64,000 bases of DNA from the human T2T-CHM13v2.0 reference genome, Homo sapiens (GCF_009914755.1 NC_060935.1); one strand, 5' to 3'; positions 11,846 to 24,700 are shown, counted from the first letter of the stretch. Translations and numbers: made by a program. Notes: generated from the sequence alone by a model not told the origin.

Positions 11846-11913
11846 GGGAAGATGATGAAGATGCCCCTATGATAACTGGATTTTCAGATGACGTCCCCAT
11901 GGTGATAGCCTGA
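11846..11913 (+). CDS. SORL1: SORL1 terminal coding exon (probably 48): (G)[21 protein letters not shown]-stop
   Basis: TCTCTAG acceptor ending 11845; TGA at 11911-11913; acidic cluster and C-terminal [11 protein letters not shown]-binding motif characteristic of SORLA. Confidence 0.97.
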
Positions 11914-14900
11914 AAGAGCTTTCCTCACTAGAAACCAAATGGTGTAAATATTTTATTTGATAAAGATAGTTGATGGTTTATTTTAAAAGATGCACTTTGA
12001 GTTGCAATATGTTATTTTTATATGGGCCAAAAACAAAAAACAAAAAAAAAAAAAAGGAAAGAAAGGAATGAATAAACTTTGTAGTAATCAACTGTGAACT
12101 TCAAACCAGGTTGATTTTAGTAACCCAATTGCTTTGATTTGACATTAATGTAGTCTTACAGGGCTGTGCTTGCTGGGCATGCTTTTACGTCTGTGAGATA
12201 ATTTCGGTTCAGTAAATTGGCCAATCTTTTTATTTTTCTAAGACACAGAAATGTATTTAATAAAAACCTCGAGAGAGTGATGGGTGGAACCCCTTCTCCT
12301 TGAAAGTGTGTACAGATATTCCATTTTGTTTGGATATAGTTTATAGGAAAGTGTGTGGATGTATTATGGCGGAAGGTTTCTTTATGTTATTTTGTTAATT
12401 TATTGGGACTCTGTGTAAGGCCAGGCTTTAGTGGTCATTAGACACCACATGTGTTATGAGCCCCTTACCCATAGGGTTGGGGGTGGGAAGAGAAGCATAT
12501 TTTTTTGCCATTCCGGAAGCAATCCATTTTTATTCACTTGTGTGTCATGTAATGGTCTTTGGCAGGAGAGAGCACTGAGTCATTGCTGGAGTTCAGTTCA
12601 ACAGAGCTGCAGCTTGGGAAGCCCTGTAAGCCCACAGCTTCCTCTCTTATATTAATTGATGGAATTTTACTGTATGTGCCTCTGTACAAGATGTAGCTTT
12701 GAGAGCTACAAAATGATAACACTGCTTTATTACACACTGGTTTCATTGTCATTGCAAAAACTTACCCTGGTTGTGGGGGAGAGTTCTAGATCTGTGCCAT
12801 GATCCATACACTGGCTAATAGAGTACATAATTTTTCCATTTTCCATTTTTTGTTTTTACTTACTACTGAAGGATCTCAGATGTAAAATTATGTATTTGGT
12901 TTGAGATGGCCACTTATTGTCCTTAAAAATCCATACTGATATATGCAGTCATTTTGAATTGGACAGTGCCTTCTCTTTTTTTTTCTCCTCTTCTTCCATC
13001 TCCCTCACCCATGCCCCCACCCAATCTAAAGAGACAGTGCTGTACATTCTCATAGAGATAGAGAAGATCTAAAAAGTTGAGACTACTCAATCCAGTTAAC
13101 AACAGCAGGAGCACTAGAGTTTGTTCATTTATTCTCTCTGTAAAACAAGCTGTGCTTTTTTTCTTCTGCCTTTAAAATGCCACCCGTGTATTCAAACCAT
13201 GGCCACTTGATACTTATGTAGAATCCATCGTGGGCTGATGCAAGCCCTTTATTTAGGCTTAGTGTTGTGGGCACCAATGTCGAGCATCGTTGTGACTTGT
13301 GCTGTATGATTCTCACTGAAGAATTTCCTTTCAGCCAAGAAGCAGTGAGGTCTGGGAATATTCCAAAGTCATGTCTCTGAATATGTGTCCTTGACGTGCA
13401 AGCTTTGTAAAACCCCATCCCCGCTTAGGTGCGAGGCATCACCTTCTCACAAGTGTTTAGTTTCTTTTAACCACAAGTATCATTCTTGGGTGATAATATA
13501 GTTTCATTCTACTTAGGGATTGTTTAGAAAACAAAGAAAGAGCCAATTAAATTTTTTAGTTTTTGAAATTTTTATTTATATGTATACTTAGATGAGTATT
13601 TTAAGCTGTCGACCTTTAGTTTGCCATACGGGTAGGACTGTATTTCATGTTAACAACTGGTGGTAATGATAAGCCTTCTTCTAGCGTATTTTCTCTTCTT
13701 TCCTGTCACTTTCCTAAGTTTTTTTTTTTAAAGACTGGAATTTTTTTTGGCTTTATCTTGTCTTACCGTAGAGATTTGTTCAAAACTCTAAGCCCTACCA
13801 CCTCCCCTTTAATAAGCTCTTTAAATAGTTGAATCATTAACAACCTGGTGGGAGGCAAGTCATTTAATTGAACCACTAGGAAGTGTATTTTCTTTTCTTT
13901 TTCTGCCAACTTTTTGGTGGCATTTGTAAAAGCTGATATAAAAGGCTCTGAGATGTTATTTTCAGTTATTCCATAGGCAAGCCTTTTTACAGAGCATATG
14001 TCTCCAGTTGGCAGCTTGAGATATTTCCGAGCATCCGGTTCTAGCTACCAGTGCCTCCCAATGCTTAGTGCACAGTACTGTAGACTGGCCATCACCCCTC
14101 TCCTTGGAAAATGCCACTGTGCTGTTTGAAAAAAAGCAGCCTTTTAGGGCTAGAGTATTTTATATAAACAGAAGAGCTAAGTTCCTGAAGACTAAGCTAG
14201 ATAGCTGCAGCTATATGTAAATTGTATATTTTTATGAACTTTTGAAGCACACACTCCTGTTTCCCTCTGTGTAGCTTTGTGGGGATTTCATGTATATATG
14301 CTGTCTGAAAGAATCCAGAGGTTGGAGTGCCAATAGAAAATGAAAACAAATGCCTTGTACTACAGGCAGCCTCTGAAGGTGACCACATAACTGTCTTCAC
14401 TGTGACCAATCGGAGTCCCTGCTTGCTTGTGAAGAAGGGGCTTTTGTACCTTGTTGGAGATGCCACCTCAGAAGTTCACACTGTGCAGGAAAAAGGTTTT
14501 ATTCTCTCCTGGCATACATTAGAATGTCAGATGCTTGCATCCATGTGGACCACGATGGGCCTCTAAAAATTGGTGGGCAGGGGGTTTGCTTATGAGTTTT
14601 CTCTGGAAACCGATTTTACTCCTGGATGTATTGAATGCCCCTTGAGCTTTATGAGATACGAGTCCACATGGATAAAATGTTAGAGAGTGGAGTTCTACAG
14701 AGGATTCCAGGAAGAGGCCATGTCTGTGCAGTCCTAGTTCCAGACAGGTGAGAAGCTCCAGGAACTACTGGCTACCTTGACAAGCTGGGTAAATAGTTAT
14801 CATTCTGGGTAACTGGTTGAAACTCTGACTTTTGGACAAGTAATTCCTGGGGTTCTGTCTTTGGTAGCATCACCAGGGATATTTGGGTGGGACAGACAGA

Positions 14901-16112
14901 AGACACACAGCTGCCTGTTCTCTCCTGCCCATCATGTTTGGCCCACTAGATGAAGCTGTACTCAGCAATTTAGGGAATGTAACCCTTCTCAGAACTGGCC
15001 ATTTTCAGGGGAAGCTTGGGAGAGCAATAGTATGGTGAGCCCCTTAGAGATGAGCGCCTACTCCTTCTTGGCGAATGCTGCCTTCAGATGCTTACCAAGT
15101 GGTCACTGCATCTAGTAAGATTATATTTCCAGTACACTTCCTTAGGGCAGAAACACCATCCTATCAGGTTTGGTCAGTCCCTTCTTCATGAAGGGAGTCA
15201 TGGGGAATTCCTGAAAATTTTCTTCCTTCTGCAGACAGTTGGATGAGTCCCTTAGAGAAGGCATCCAGAGACATAACTAAACTGAATATCATCCCATATT
15301 GATTTTAGGAATTGACTCTAAAACTCTGTGCAGAATCTTGTGTTGGGATTGTATCTTGACATTCCTGTTGTGTTATTTTTCTTAACTGGAGTGTGTGCTG
15401 CCTTTCAGGTACAATTTTTGTGTAATAAAAGCCAGTGCATTAAGTTTATATAGACTACTTTCTATGCAAGACTGAGATATGGAATAGATAGGAAGAGATA
15501 TGTACTGCTGGGTACATGGACAGTAAGTGTGTTTTCAGATGGAGTACCAGCACCGAAAATGGGTTGAGGGAGGATGGGTTGTATGTATGTTTCTGCCCAC
15601 TAATTTTGAGCAGCCATATTATGAATTAAATCGTCACAGCCAAGTAATAACCCAAGAATGGTATGAGTTTCATGTGTAATAGCTCAAATGGAATAAGCAT
15701 GAATGCTGGAGTGGACCATTATCCTCAAATATTCTATGTCACTTCTCATTTAAAGACTCTTGTTATGAACTATTAGAAACTTTAGGCAAAATCAAAAGTA
15801 TTTGCGGCAAAATAAAGGCCTATTCTACTCTTATTTAAAGTGAAACACTGTATACTTGTTTCTCTCCAAAGCGAAATTAAGTATTTATAATTTCAATTGC
15901 CTCGATAAGTTTCCAAGTCACTGAAATCTGCTGAAGGTTTTACTGTATTGTTGCACAACTTTAAGATAATTTTTGTCTCAATGTCAACTTTTTTCACTGA
16001 ATAAAAATTTAACTGGGTCAAGAAAACACCTCTTTGAAAATCCACTGTCTCTGTGTGTCTCGAGCTGTTCTTTAGAGCGCAATAAAGATGGCTGACGCAG
16101 TCTCCAAACCCC
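11914..16112 (+). other. SORL1: SORL1 3'UTR (~4.2 kb; 3' end approximate)
   Basis: AU-rich sequence after the stop with no recognisable interspersed repeat, ending at an AATAAA (16081) followed by a U/GU-rich tract; length fits the ~10.9 kb mRNA I recall for SORL1. Confidence 0.8.
16081..16086 (+). terminator. Probable distal polyadenylation signal of SORL1
   Basis: AATAAA with CA about 25 nt downstream, then TTTGATTGGTCTGTTTT. Other AATAAA hexamers at 12071, 12259, 15424, 15811 and 16000. Confidence 0.75.
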
Positions 16113-17874
16113 ATTTGATTGGTCTGTTTTAAACGGATGTTTATTTCATAGATGAGAGAACACCAAGGCCTGGAATAATTTTGTTATTAACAAGCTGGTC
16201 TCAGATGGTGGATCCTTGAAGAACACGATGTCTTTGTGTTGGTTGAGGAGGGGGAAGATGTGCTGGCTGTTTTGAAGTAAACAGAATTATTCCGTAGGGA
16301 CAATGACTAAAGTGGCTCCCTTAAATTTGTAACTACATTTGCTAAGAGACAGTTTGCTAAGAAGGCAATTTTCAAATCTAAGAGACGGAAGCACAGCAGT
16401 ATAGATGAGCTGTGTGTCTAAGAGCACTTCTATGGGTTTCCATAGACAGTCTTGTGAGGAGTGCTGCGTGTACCTATTATGGGCAGCTGAATGGCCATGG
16501 GCCTGTAAGTCAGGATTGGAGGCTGTGGAACTGGGTGGGGGAGGGAGGCAGGTTTTTAAGAATTTAACAGGTCTTCTGGTATGCTGCTTTTGTTTAGACA
16601 CTGAGCCAGAGCCAAACCCTGAAGTATTATCATCTGGTTTTGTGAATGAAGAAAAGGAGGCATAGAAAAGTGAAGTAATTTAGGAGAAACCAGAGCATAA
16701 AAGGCAAAACCAGCCTCCCATCCCAGGTGTTTCTGATCCCAGATCCTCTTCTGAATCACGACGCCACAGCGCCTCATGTCACCATTCAGTATCACAAAGA
16801 ACACATTAGTCCAACACATTGCACCAAGCGAAATCCCAAGGGGAGACCTACCACCTGGGTGAGCCTCCTTGGTCATGGCCTCATCCTTAGGTTTTCAGGC
16901 TTAGATAATTTTTGTCAACACATGATAGTGAATTCATCTCTCATGGCCAAACACACCTTAACCAAACTCAGGATGTTGATATGCAACGTCATAATGTCCA
17001 TTTGTTAATTCACCCTGGGAAAGTGTCCTGTCCCTTACAATGTCTGCATGACCAGTGCATTCTCTCCCTGTAGGGAGATCTACCCCAGGAGCCAGTCACC
17101 ACCAGAAGGTTGCTTGGAGAGCAGGGGCAAAGAGTTTTAAAAGTAGGAGGGATCTGGGTTAGCATAGTGGTTGCCCAATAAATACTGAATGAATGAACAA
17201 AGACTTGACACTCCACAACAGGAATAATCTACTCCATATAAACTTAGTATTTGAAGCCGTCAGATTGCAACACCCTGGATCCATTTCTAGTTAAAAAGAT
17301 CTTGCCAATAGGATCTAATACTTTAAGTCCATGCACTGTGGTTCCCCTGGACAGGGCTTGGGCACTCCCACATCGGTCACTCTGACTCATCTCTACATGT
17401 CCTGTTGTTGAGTAAACTCTCCCACTCACGAAAACATTCTATAGCAAAATTAATGCATTTGGACTGAGTTTGAATCGAATCTTCCTGGCTAAGAGCCAGA
17501 TTCTGACTACATCCGTCAGCTATGATTATTGGGTTCCCCAGCCCATAGCAAATTGAACATGGGTTGGGGCTGCTAAGGGCAGCTACTCCGAGGACAATAG
17601 AAGAGAAGCCACGAGTTAGAGTTAGACTGCTGGAAAACCTATGTGAGAGATAAAGGAACTCCAGCAAATATACTTATTGGGAATATTTGGCATAAAACCA
17701 GAGTCCTACACAGTAAGTAGCCCATCCAATTAGAATAATTATCATTCCCTTCCGTTGAACCCCTGTTCTTTGGTAGTAACTATGCTAAACTCTCTCTCTC
17801 TCTCTATATATATATAAAAAACAACATCTTTTTTCTTTTATAGGAAAGATTATATATCTTGTTATAGATATAAA

Positions 17875-18082
17875 AACATCTTTTTTCTTTTAAAGGAAAG
17901 ATTAATACCTAAATCACAGAAGCGCTTTTAGAATTAAAATATTAAATGTATTAAATATATTTTTATATATTTATATAATCTATGAATATAAATAAATATA
18001 TATATACATATTTTAATTCTAAAAGTGCTTCTGTGATTTAGGATTTAGGTATTAATCTTTCCTTTAAAAGAAACAAGATGTT
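17875..18082. repeat. AT-rich inverted repeat (arms ~68 and ~75 bp, ~65-bp AT spacer)
   Basis: 17875-17942 is the reverse complement of 18008-18082 apart from 2 substitutions and a 7-bp duplication in the right arm. Confidence 0.93.
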
Positions 18083-19339
18083 GCTTTAAAAGAAGAGTAA
18101 CTTCTCCAAGGTCTCACATGAATTAAAGTGGAAGAGTCAAAATAACCTAGATTTATTGCATCCTTAAACTCCTGCTCTTAGTTGTCATGCTATTTAGCCC
18201 TGTCAGTACAATATTAAGAATCTGTAATAGTGATATTTCAAGGATTCCCACTAGAAAGATTAAAAACAACGTTTGGAGACATAAAGAAGTATACTTAGAT
18301 TTCTTTGCACAGCCATTTATATGGAACACAGTATTACTTACGGATGGTAGATCAATGCAGCCTTTTTTATTGGAAAATGTTTTTGCAAAGAGTTCAATAA
18401 TTAGGAACGTGGAGGATTCTTTTGTTTTGCAGCAACCCAGTTACATTTTATCAAAATTCTTTGCATCTTTGGATAGGAAGGTTCAGTGAATATCTTATTC
18501 ACCTTTATTTACATATGCAGTGAGGTACATCATCACATGTTCTATTAGGGTGATAATTGGGCTAGTATGAGACCATCAAAAATCCCAGCAAAAGGAGGTG
18601 GCTCCCATGCTTTTCATCCAGCCCCAACTGGCTTTGATGCTTGTGGCCCATTAATTTTAAGAGATCATGTGCGGGGTAATTTGAGCCTGCAACAATTTAC
18701 AGAACAATGATGTTATGCTTTTTAAAATGCTAATGTTACAGTTGTAATGTTGCAACCCTATTTAATGCCAAAATGACGATTGGTAATGTTTGGGAATATT
18801 TGTTTGAAAACAATGACATTTCATACTTAAAACTCAGCATCAGCAAACTTTGAGGAAGAAAAAAGACTAGGATTTAAATATAAATCAGCCTTTTATGAGA
18901 TTTGCCCTTTGGTTATATGCTAATCTGTAAAGCCTTCAAGATCTATCAGACAAAGAGGTTTCATAATTAAAACTTGCTTTTCAACCTCCCTCTAGCAGAG
19001 GCAGAACTTATTAGTTACCCAGGGATTGATCAAGCCCTGGATGGTGCTGAACTGTCTGGGTGTGTGTGTGCAGCTATGTTTGATGGAATTCTTCATAGAC
19101 AGCAGATGAACAACATGAGAACAACCTGTTGGTTTCACAAATACACCTTATTTTGGACCCCAAACTGCTTGACTGCTCCTAAGAATTAGCACATTTTCAA
19201 AGGAGAAGTTTTGTTCTCATTGAGGTGATTCAAAAGAATGCGTTTAAGACTCATGACAAGACTCCCAAAAGGTGGTCCGAAAATATCTTGAGCAATGGCA
19301 ACACTGTAGCAATAAGTAATAGTATTTCGTAATAAGTAG

Positions 19340-19570
19340 TAAGTAATTGCTACTTGCCAGACACCGTTCTGAGGGCTTCTTGTATGTTAACTCATTTAAT
19401 CTTCACAACAACCTTTTAAGGAAGGTATTATTATTCTCATATTATAAAGAAATTGAAGCACGAAAAGGTTAAGAAATTTCCCCAAGGTCACAACAGCTTC
19501 TAAGTGTCAGAGCTGAGATATGAACCCAGGTAACCTGGCTCCAGACTGCTTTCAATTACTTCACTGCACA
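19340..19570 (-). mobile_element. MIR SINE
   Basis: CTCATTTAATCTTCACAACAACC...GGTTAAGAAATTTCCCAAGGTCACA...GAACCCAGG MIR core. Confidence 0.8.
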
Positions 19571-19698
19571 GCCCCTCCAAACAACCCTTTTGATAGCACA
19601 GTTTTGGGTGTATACATTAGGAATTTATTTTAACCAGCCAGTTTACCTTTTTCAATACAGTAATGTTCTGTTAGGGGATGGATTATAGAAGGAATTTG

Positions 19699-20151
19699 TT
19701 TCATGCGCGTCCGTGTGAAGAGACCACCAAACAGGCTTTGTGTGAGCAACAAGGCTGTTTATTTCACCTGGGTGCAGGGGGGCTGAGTCCGAAAAGAGAG
19801 TCAGCGAAGGGAGATAAGGGTGGGGCCGTTTTATAGGATTTGGGTAGATAAAGGAAAATTACAGTCAAAGGGGGGTTGTTCTCTGGTGGGCAGGAGTGGG
19901 GGTCGCAAGGTGCTCAGTGGGGGAGCTTTTTGAGCCAGGATGAGCCAGGAAAAGGACTTTTACAAGGTAATGTCATCAGTTAAGGCAAGGACTGGCCATT
20001 TTCACTTCTTTTGTGGTGGAATGTCATCAGTTAAGGCGGGGCAGGGCATTTTCACTTCTTTTGTGATTCTTCAGTTACTTCAGGCCATCTGGGCGTATAT
20101 GTGCAAGTCATCCAGGATGCGATGGCTTAGCTTGGGCTCAGAGGCCTGACA
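19699..20151 (-). mobile_element. HERV-H 3' LTR (LTR7 type)
   Basis: Minus strand TGTCAGGCCTCTGAGCCCAAGC...GGACGCGCATGAAA, preceded by purine tract AAGAAGGCAGGGA; ~16 differences from the 5' LTR by manual count. Confidence 0.95.
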
Positions 20152-20899
20152 TCCCTGCCTTCTTATATTAATAAGAAAAATAAAACAAAATAGTGTTGAA
20201 GTGTTGGGGTGGCGAAAATTTTTTGGGGGTGGTATGGAGAGAGAGAATGGGCGATGTTTCTCAGGGCTGCTTCAAGCGGGATTAGGGGCGGCGTGGGAAC
20301 CTAGAGTGGGAGAGATTAAGCTGAAGGAAGATTTTGTGGTAAGGGGTGATATTGTGGGGTTGTTAGAAGAAACAGTTGTCGTGTAGAATTATTGGTGATG
20401 GCCTGGATACGGTTTTGTATGAATTGAAAAACTAAACGGAATAAGAGGAGAAAAACAGGTATTAAAGGTCTAAGAATTGGGAGGACCTAGGACATCTAAT
20501 TAGAGAGTGCCTAAGGAGATTCAGCATAGTCCTGTCAGCAAAGATTATTTATTTACTTTAAGAGTTAAGAGTGGCAGTTTGGGGATAGCACCAGGAGATA
20601 TCAGCTGTGATGGCTTGGAGAAACAGTGTAAACCGGCAGTGTAAACAAGAGCAGGGCATGTATGAGTAGTTGAGAATGGTGAATAGGAGTATGACTAGAG
20701 AGAAGACAGTAGGGATGACAAGTTTTTTGGAGCACAGTCCAAGTTGGTCTGATGTCTGGAATGAGACTGGGCCCTAATCAAAAGGAGCGTCTATACAGGA
20801 GCTCAAATGGGCTGTACCCTGTAGCATTCTGAGGACAGGCCTGAATTCTGAGAAGGGAAAGTGGTAAAAGTATTGTCCAGTCCTTTTTAAGTTGGTAGC

Positions 20900-22100
20900 T
20901 GAGCTTGGTGAGGTGTGTTTTTAAAAGACTATTAGTCTGTTCTACTTTTCCTGAAGACTGAGGACTGTAAGGGATATAAAGTTTTCACTGAATACTAAGA
21001 GCCTGAAAAAAATGCTTGGCTGATTTGACTAATAAAGGCCGATCTGCTATAGGACTGTATAGAGGTGGGAAGGCCAAACTGAGGAAGTATGTCTGACAGA
21101 AGGGGAGAAATGACCGTGGTGGCCTTCTCAGACCCTGTGGGAAAGGCCTCTAACCTATCCAATGAAAGTGTCTACCTAGACTAGGAGGTATTTTAGTTTC
21201 CTGACTCGGGCATGTGAGTGAAGTCAATTTGCCAGTCCTGGGTGGTGGCAAATCCTGAAGCTTTATGTGTAGGAAAGGGAGGGGGCCTGAACAATCCCTA
21301 AGGGGTAGTAGAATGGCAAATGGAACACTGAGAAGTGATTTCCTTGAGGATAGATTTCCGTGATGGAAAGGAAATGAGAGGTTCTAAGAGACGGGCTAGC
21401 AGCTTGTAACCTACATGGAAGAGGTTATGAAATGACGACAGAATAGAATGGGCCTGTGAGGCTGGAAGGAGATATTTTCCTTGGTCTAAGAACCATTTGC
21501 CTTGTGTGGGAAGAGATTGATAGGTGGAAGTTTCAGCGGGGGAGTAGGTGGGAGTGACTGACGTGAAGGAGAAAAACTGGCCATGAGGGACAGAAGGTGG
21601 AAAGCTAGCTGCTTGTCTAGCCACCTTATCAGCATAAGCGTTGCCTAGAGCAAAGGGATCTGACGCCTTTTGATGGCCTTTGCAGTGAATGACTCCAGCT
21701 TCCTTTGGAAGTAAAGCGGCCTTGAGCAGAGTTTTTATTAAAGAGGCATTAATGATGGAGGACCCTTGTGTAGTGAGGAAAACTCCTTCAGCCTATATAA
21801 CAGCATGGTGGTGCAGGATATGAAAGGCATATTTAGAGTCAGTATAAATATTGATGCCTAGCCTTTTTGCAAGAGTGAGGGCCTGAGTTAAGGCAGCTGG
21901 TTCGGCTTGCTGAGAGGTAGTGGAGGGGGGCAGAGCGGTAGCGTCAATAACAGATGTGGAAGATACTATTGCATATCCTGCCTTTGCTGGTGAGTGGCAA
22001 TTAGGCCTGGTGGAACTGCCATCAGTAAACCAAGTGTGATCAGGATGAGAAACAGGGAAGAAGGAAATGTGGGGAAATGGGGTGAAAGTCAGGTGGATCA
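20900..22100 (-). pseudogene. pol: HERV-H RNase H / integrase remnant
   Basis: ORF 21298-21624 carries the integrase HHCC finger (FHNLFH...CSIC) and then stops; flanking frames broken; boundaries approximate. Confidence 0.8.
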
Positions 22101-22523
22101 GAGAGATGCAGTCATGAGGGTCAGGTGTGGTATCCGGAATAATGTGGGAGGCCGGATTGAAGTCCGGGCCAGGAACAATGGTAATTGTGGGAGACTCAAC
22201 AAAGAGTGAGTATAGCTGAAGGAGCTGGGGAGCAGAAAGTATATGCGTCAGGTGTGAGGAAGAAAATAGATTTTGGAAGTTATGAGAACTGTAGAGAGTG
22301 AGTTGAGCATAGTTTGTGATTTTTAGGGCCTCTAAACGTATTAAAGCAGTGGTAGCCGCTGCACGCAGACATGAGGGCTAGGCTAAAACAGTAAGGTCAA
22401 GTTGTTTGGGCAGAAAGGCTACAGGGTGCAGTCCTGGCTCTTGTGTAAGAATTCTGACCACGCTAACCATGCCTAGGAAGGAAAGGAGTTGTTGTTTTGT
22501 AGAAGGGATTGGGGTTTGGGAGA

Positions 22524-23468
22524 TTAGCCGGACACGGTCAGCAGGGAGAGCACATGTGTTTTTATGAGAATTATGCCGAGATAGGTAACAGATGAGGAAG
22601 AAATTTGGGCTTGATTGAAGTAATGGGGGCTGTCTGTGATGCTTTGTGGCAGTACAGCCCAGGTAATTTGCTGAGCCTGATGGGTGTCAGGGTCAGTCCA
22701 AGTGAAAGCGAAGAGAGGCTGGGATGAAGGGTGCAAAGGAATAGTAAAGAAAGCATGTTTGAGATCCAGAACAGAATAATGGGTTGTGGAGGGAGGTATT
22801 GAGGATAGGAGAGTATATGGATTTGGCACCACGGGGTGGATAGGCAAAACAGTTTGGTTGATAAGGCACAGATCTTGAACTAACCTGTAAGCTTTGTCTG
22901 GTTTTAGGACAGGTGAAATGGGGAAATTGTAAGGGGAGTTTATAGCTTTTAGAAGCCCATGCTGTAGCAGGCGAGTGATAACAGGCTTTAATCCTTTTAA
23001 AGCGTGCTGTGGGATGGGATATTGGCGTTGAGCGGGGTAAGGGTGATTAGGTTTTAATGGGATGGTAATGGGCATGTGATCGGTTGCCAGGGAAGGAGTA
23101 GAGATGTCCCATACTTGTGGATTAAGGTGGGGGGATACGAGAGGAAGACGCAAAGGAGGCTTTGGGATGGGGAGAAGGGCGGCAATGAGATGCAGCTGTA
23201 ATCCAGGAATAGTCAGGGAAGCAGATAATTTAGTTAAAATGTCTTGGCCTAATAAGGGAACTGGGCAGGTGGGGATAACTAAAAAAGAGCGCATAAAAGA
23301 ATGTTTTCTAAGTTGGCACCAGAGTTGCAGAGTTTTAAGAGGTTTAGAAGCCTGGCCGTCAATACCCACAACAGTTATGGAGGCAAGGGAAACAGGCCCT
23401 TGAAAAGAAGATAATGTGCAGTGGGTAACCTCCATATTGACTAAGAAGGGGACGGACTTACGCTCCAC
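22524..23468 (-). pseudogene. pol: HERV-H protease / N-terminal reverse transcriptase open segment (314 codons), catalytically defective
   Basis: PTCPVPLLGQD, YRLVQDL, VLDLKHAFF, WAVLPQSITDSP motifs; protease DTG replaced by NME; YxDD region absent. Confidence 0.9.
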
Positions 23469-23559
23469 TGTGAGAGTTATTTAGAGCATCTGTGATGGTC
23501 CTGTAGGCTTCTGAGGTGATCAGGCGGTGTCAGTCTTCAGCTGCTAAGCCGAGAAGATG

Positions 23560-24700
23560 TGGGAAGGAGTCAGTCAGAGAGCCTTGGGCCAAAGTTCCAG
23601 GGGCCCTGGAAGTGGCTGTCAGGTGAGTTGAACAGTCCGATTTTCAGTGGGGTCCCACACAGATGGGACACGGCTTAGGAGGAATCCCGGGCTGTGGGCA
23701 TTCCTTGGCCCAGTGGCCAGATTTCTGGCACTTGTAGCAAGCTCCTGGGGGAGGAGGTTCTGGAGGGACCCCTGGCAGCTGCGGTTCAGGCGTTTGGAGT
23801 TCTTGTGTGCTGGAGATGTGGCTGGGGTTTGTCTCACAGTGGAGGCAAGGAATTGCAATTCAGAAATACATTGTTACTTGGCTGCCTCTGCTCTTATTGT
23901 ACACCTTGAAGGTGAAGTTAATTAAGTCCTGTTGTGGGGTTTGAGGGCCAGAATTTAATTTTTGGAGCTTTCTTTCATGTTGGGAGCAGATTGGGTAATA
24001 AAATAAAATGTATATTGAGAATAAGACGGCCTTCTGACCTTTCAGGGTCTAGGGCTGTAAAGCGTCTCAGGGTTGCTGCCGAACGAGCCATGAACTGGGC
24101 TGGGTTTTTCATATTTGATGAAAAAGAGCCTAAACGCTAACTGATTTGGGAAAGGTCAGATAAAGAAAAAGGAGCATTAACCTTGACTATGCCTTTAGAT
24201 CCAGCCACCTTTTTAGGAGGAAATTGCTGGGCAGGTGGGGGAAGGCTAGTCGCAGAACGAAACTGTAAGCTGGACCGGGTGTGAGGAGGGGAGGTGATAA
24301 AAGGATTATAGGGTGGGGGAGCAGAGACTGAGCAGAGACTGAGGAAGAATTGGGACCTGGCTCGGCCTGGCGAGGAGGGGAGAGGTCAGATGGGTCTGTA
24401 GAAAAGGAAGATTAGGAAGACTCAGTGACGCTTGGGGTTGGGACTGAGGGGACAGGTGGGAGGGAAAGGAGGAGGATCTGGGACGAGTTGCATTGGGAAC
24501 AGAGACTATGGAGGGAACAATGTATAAAAGAATGCCTGGACGTCAGGCACCTCAGACCATTTGCCCATTTTACGACAAGAATTATTTAGATCTTGTAGGA
24601 TGGAAAAATTGAAAGTGCCATTTTCTGGCTATTTGGAACCACTGTTGAGTTTATATTGGGGTCAAGCGGCATTGCAGAAGAAGATAAGGTTTTAAGGCCA
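23560..24700 (-). pseudogene. gag: HERV-H gag remnant with nucleocapsid zinc knuckles
   Basis: Manual translation near 23633-23740: CYKCQKSGHWAKEC (intact CCHC) then CPICVGPH*KSDC (stop in place of Trp); outer boundaries approximate. Confidence 0.8.

Noticed and set aside
11911-11920. Possible stop-codon readthrough at SORL1 TGA
   Set aside because: Context is TGA-AAG, not the TGA-CTAG readthrough motif.
19697-19698. TG dinucleotide suggesting a canonical CA LTR end
   Set aside because: It belongs to the ATTTG target-site duplication; both LTRs end in GAAA on the minus strand.
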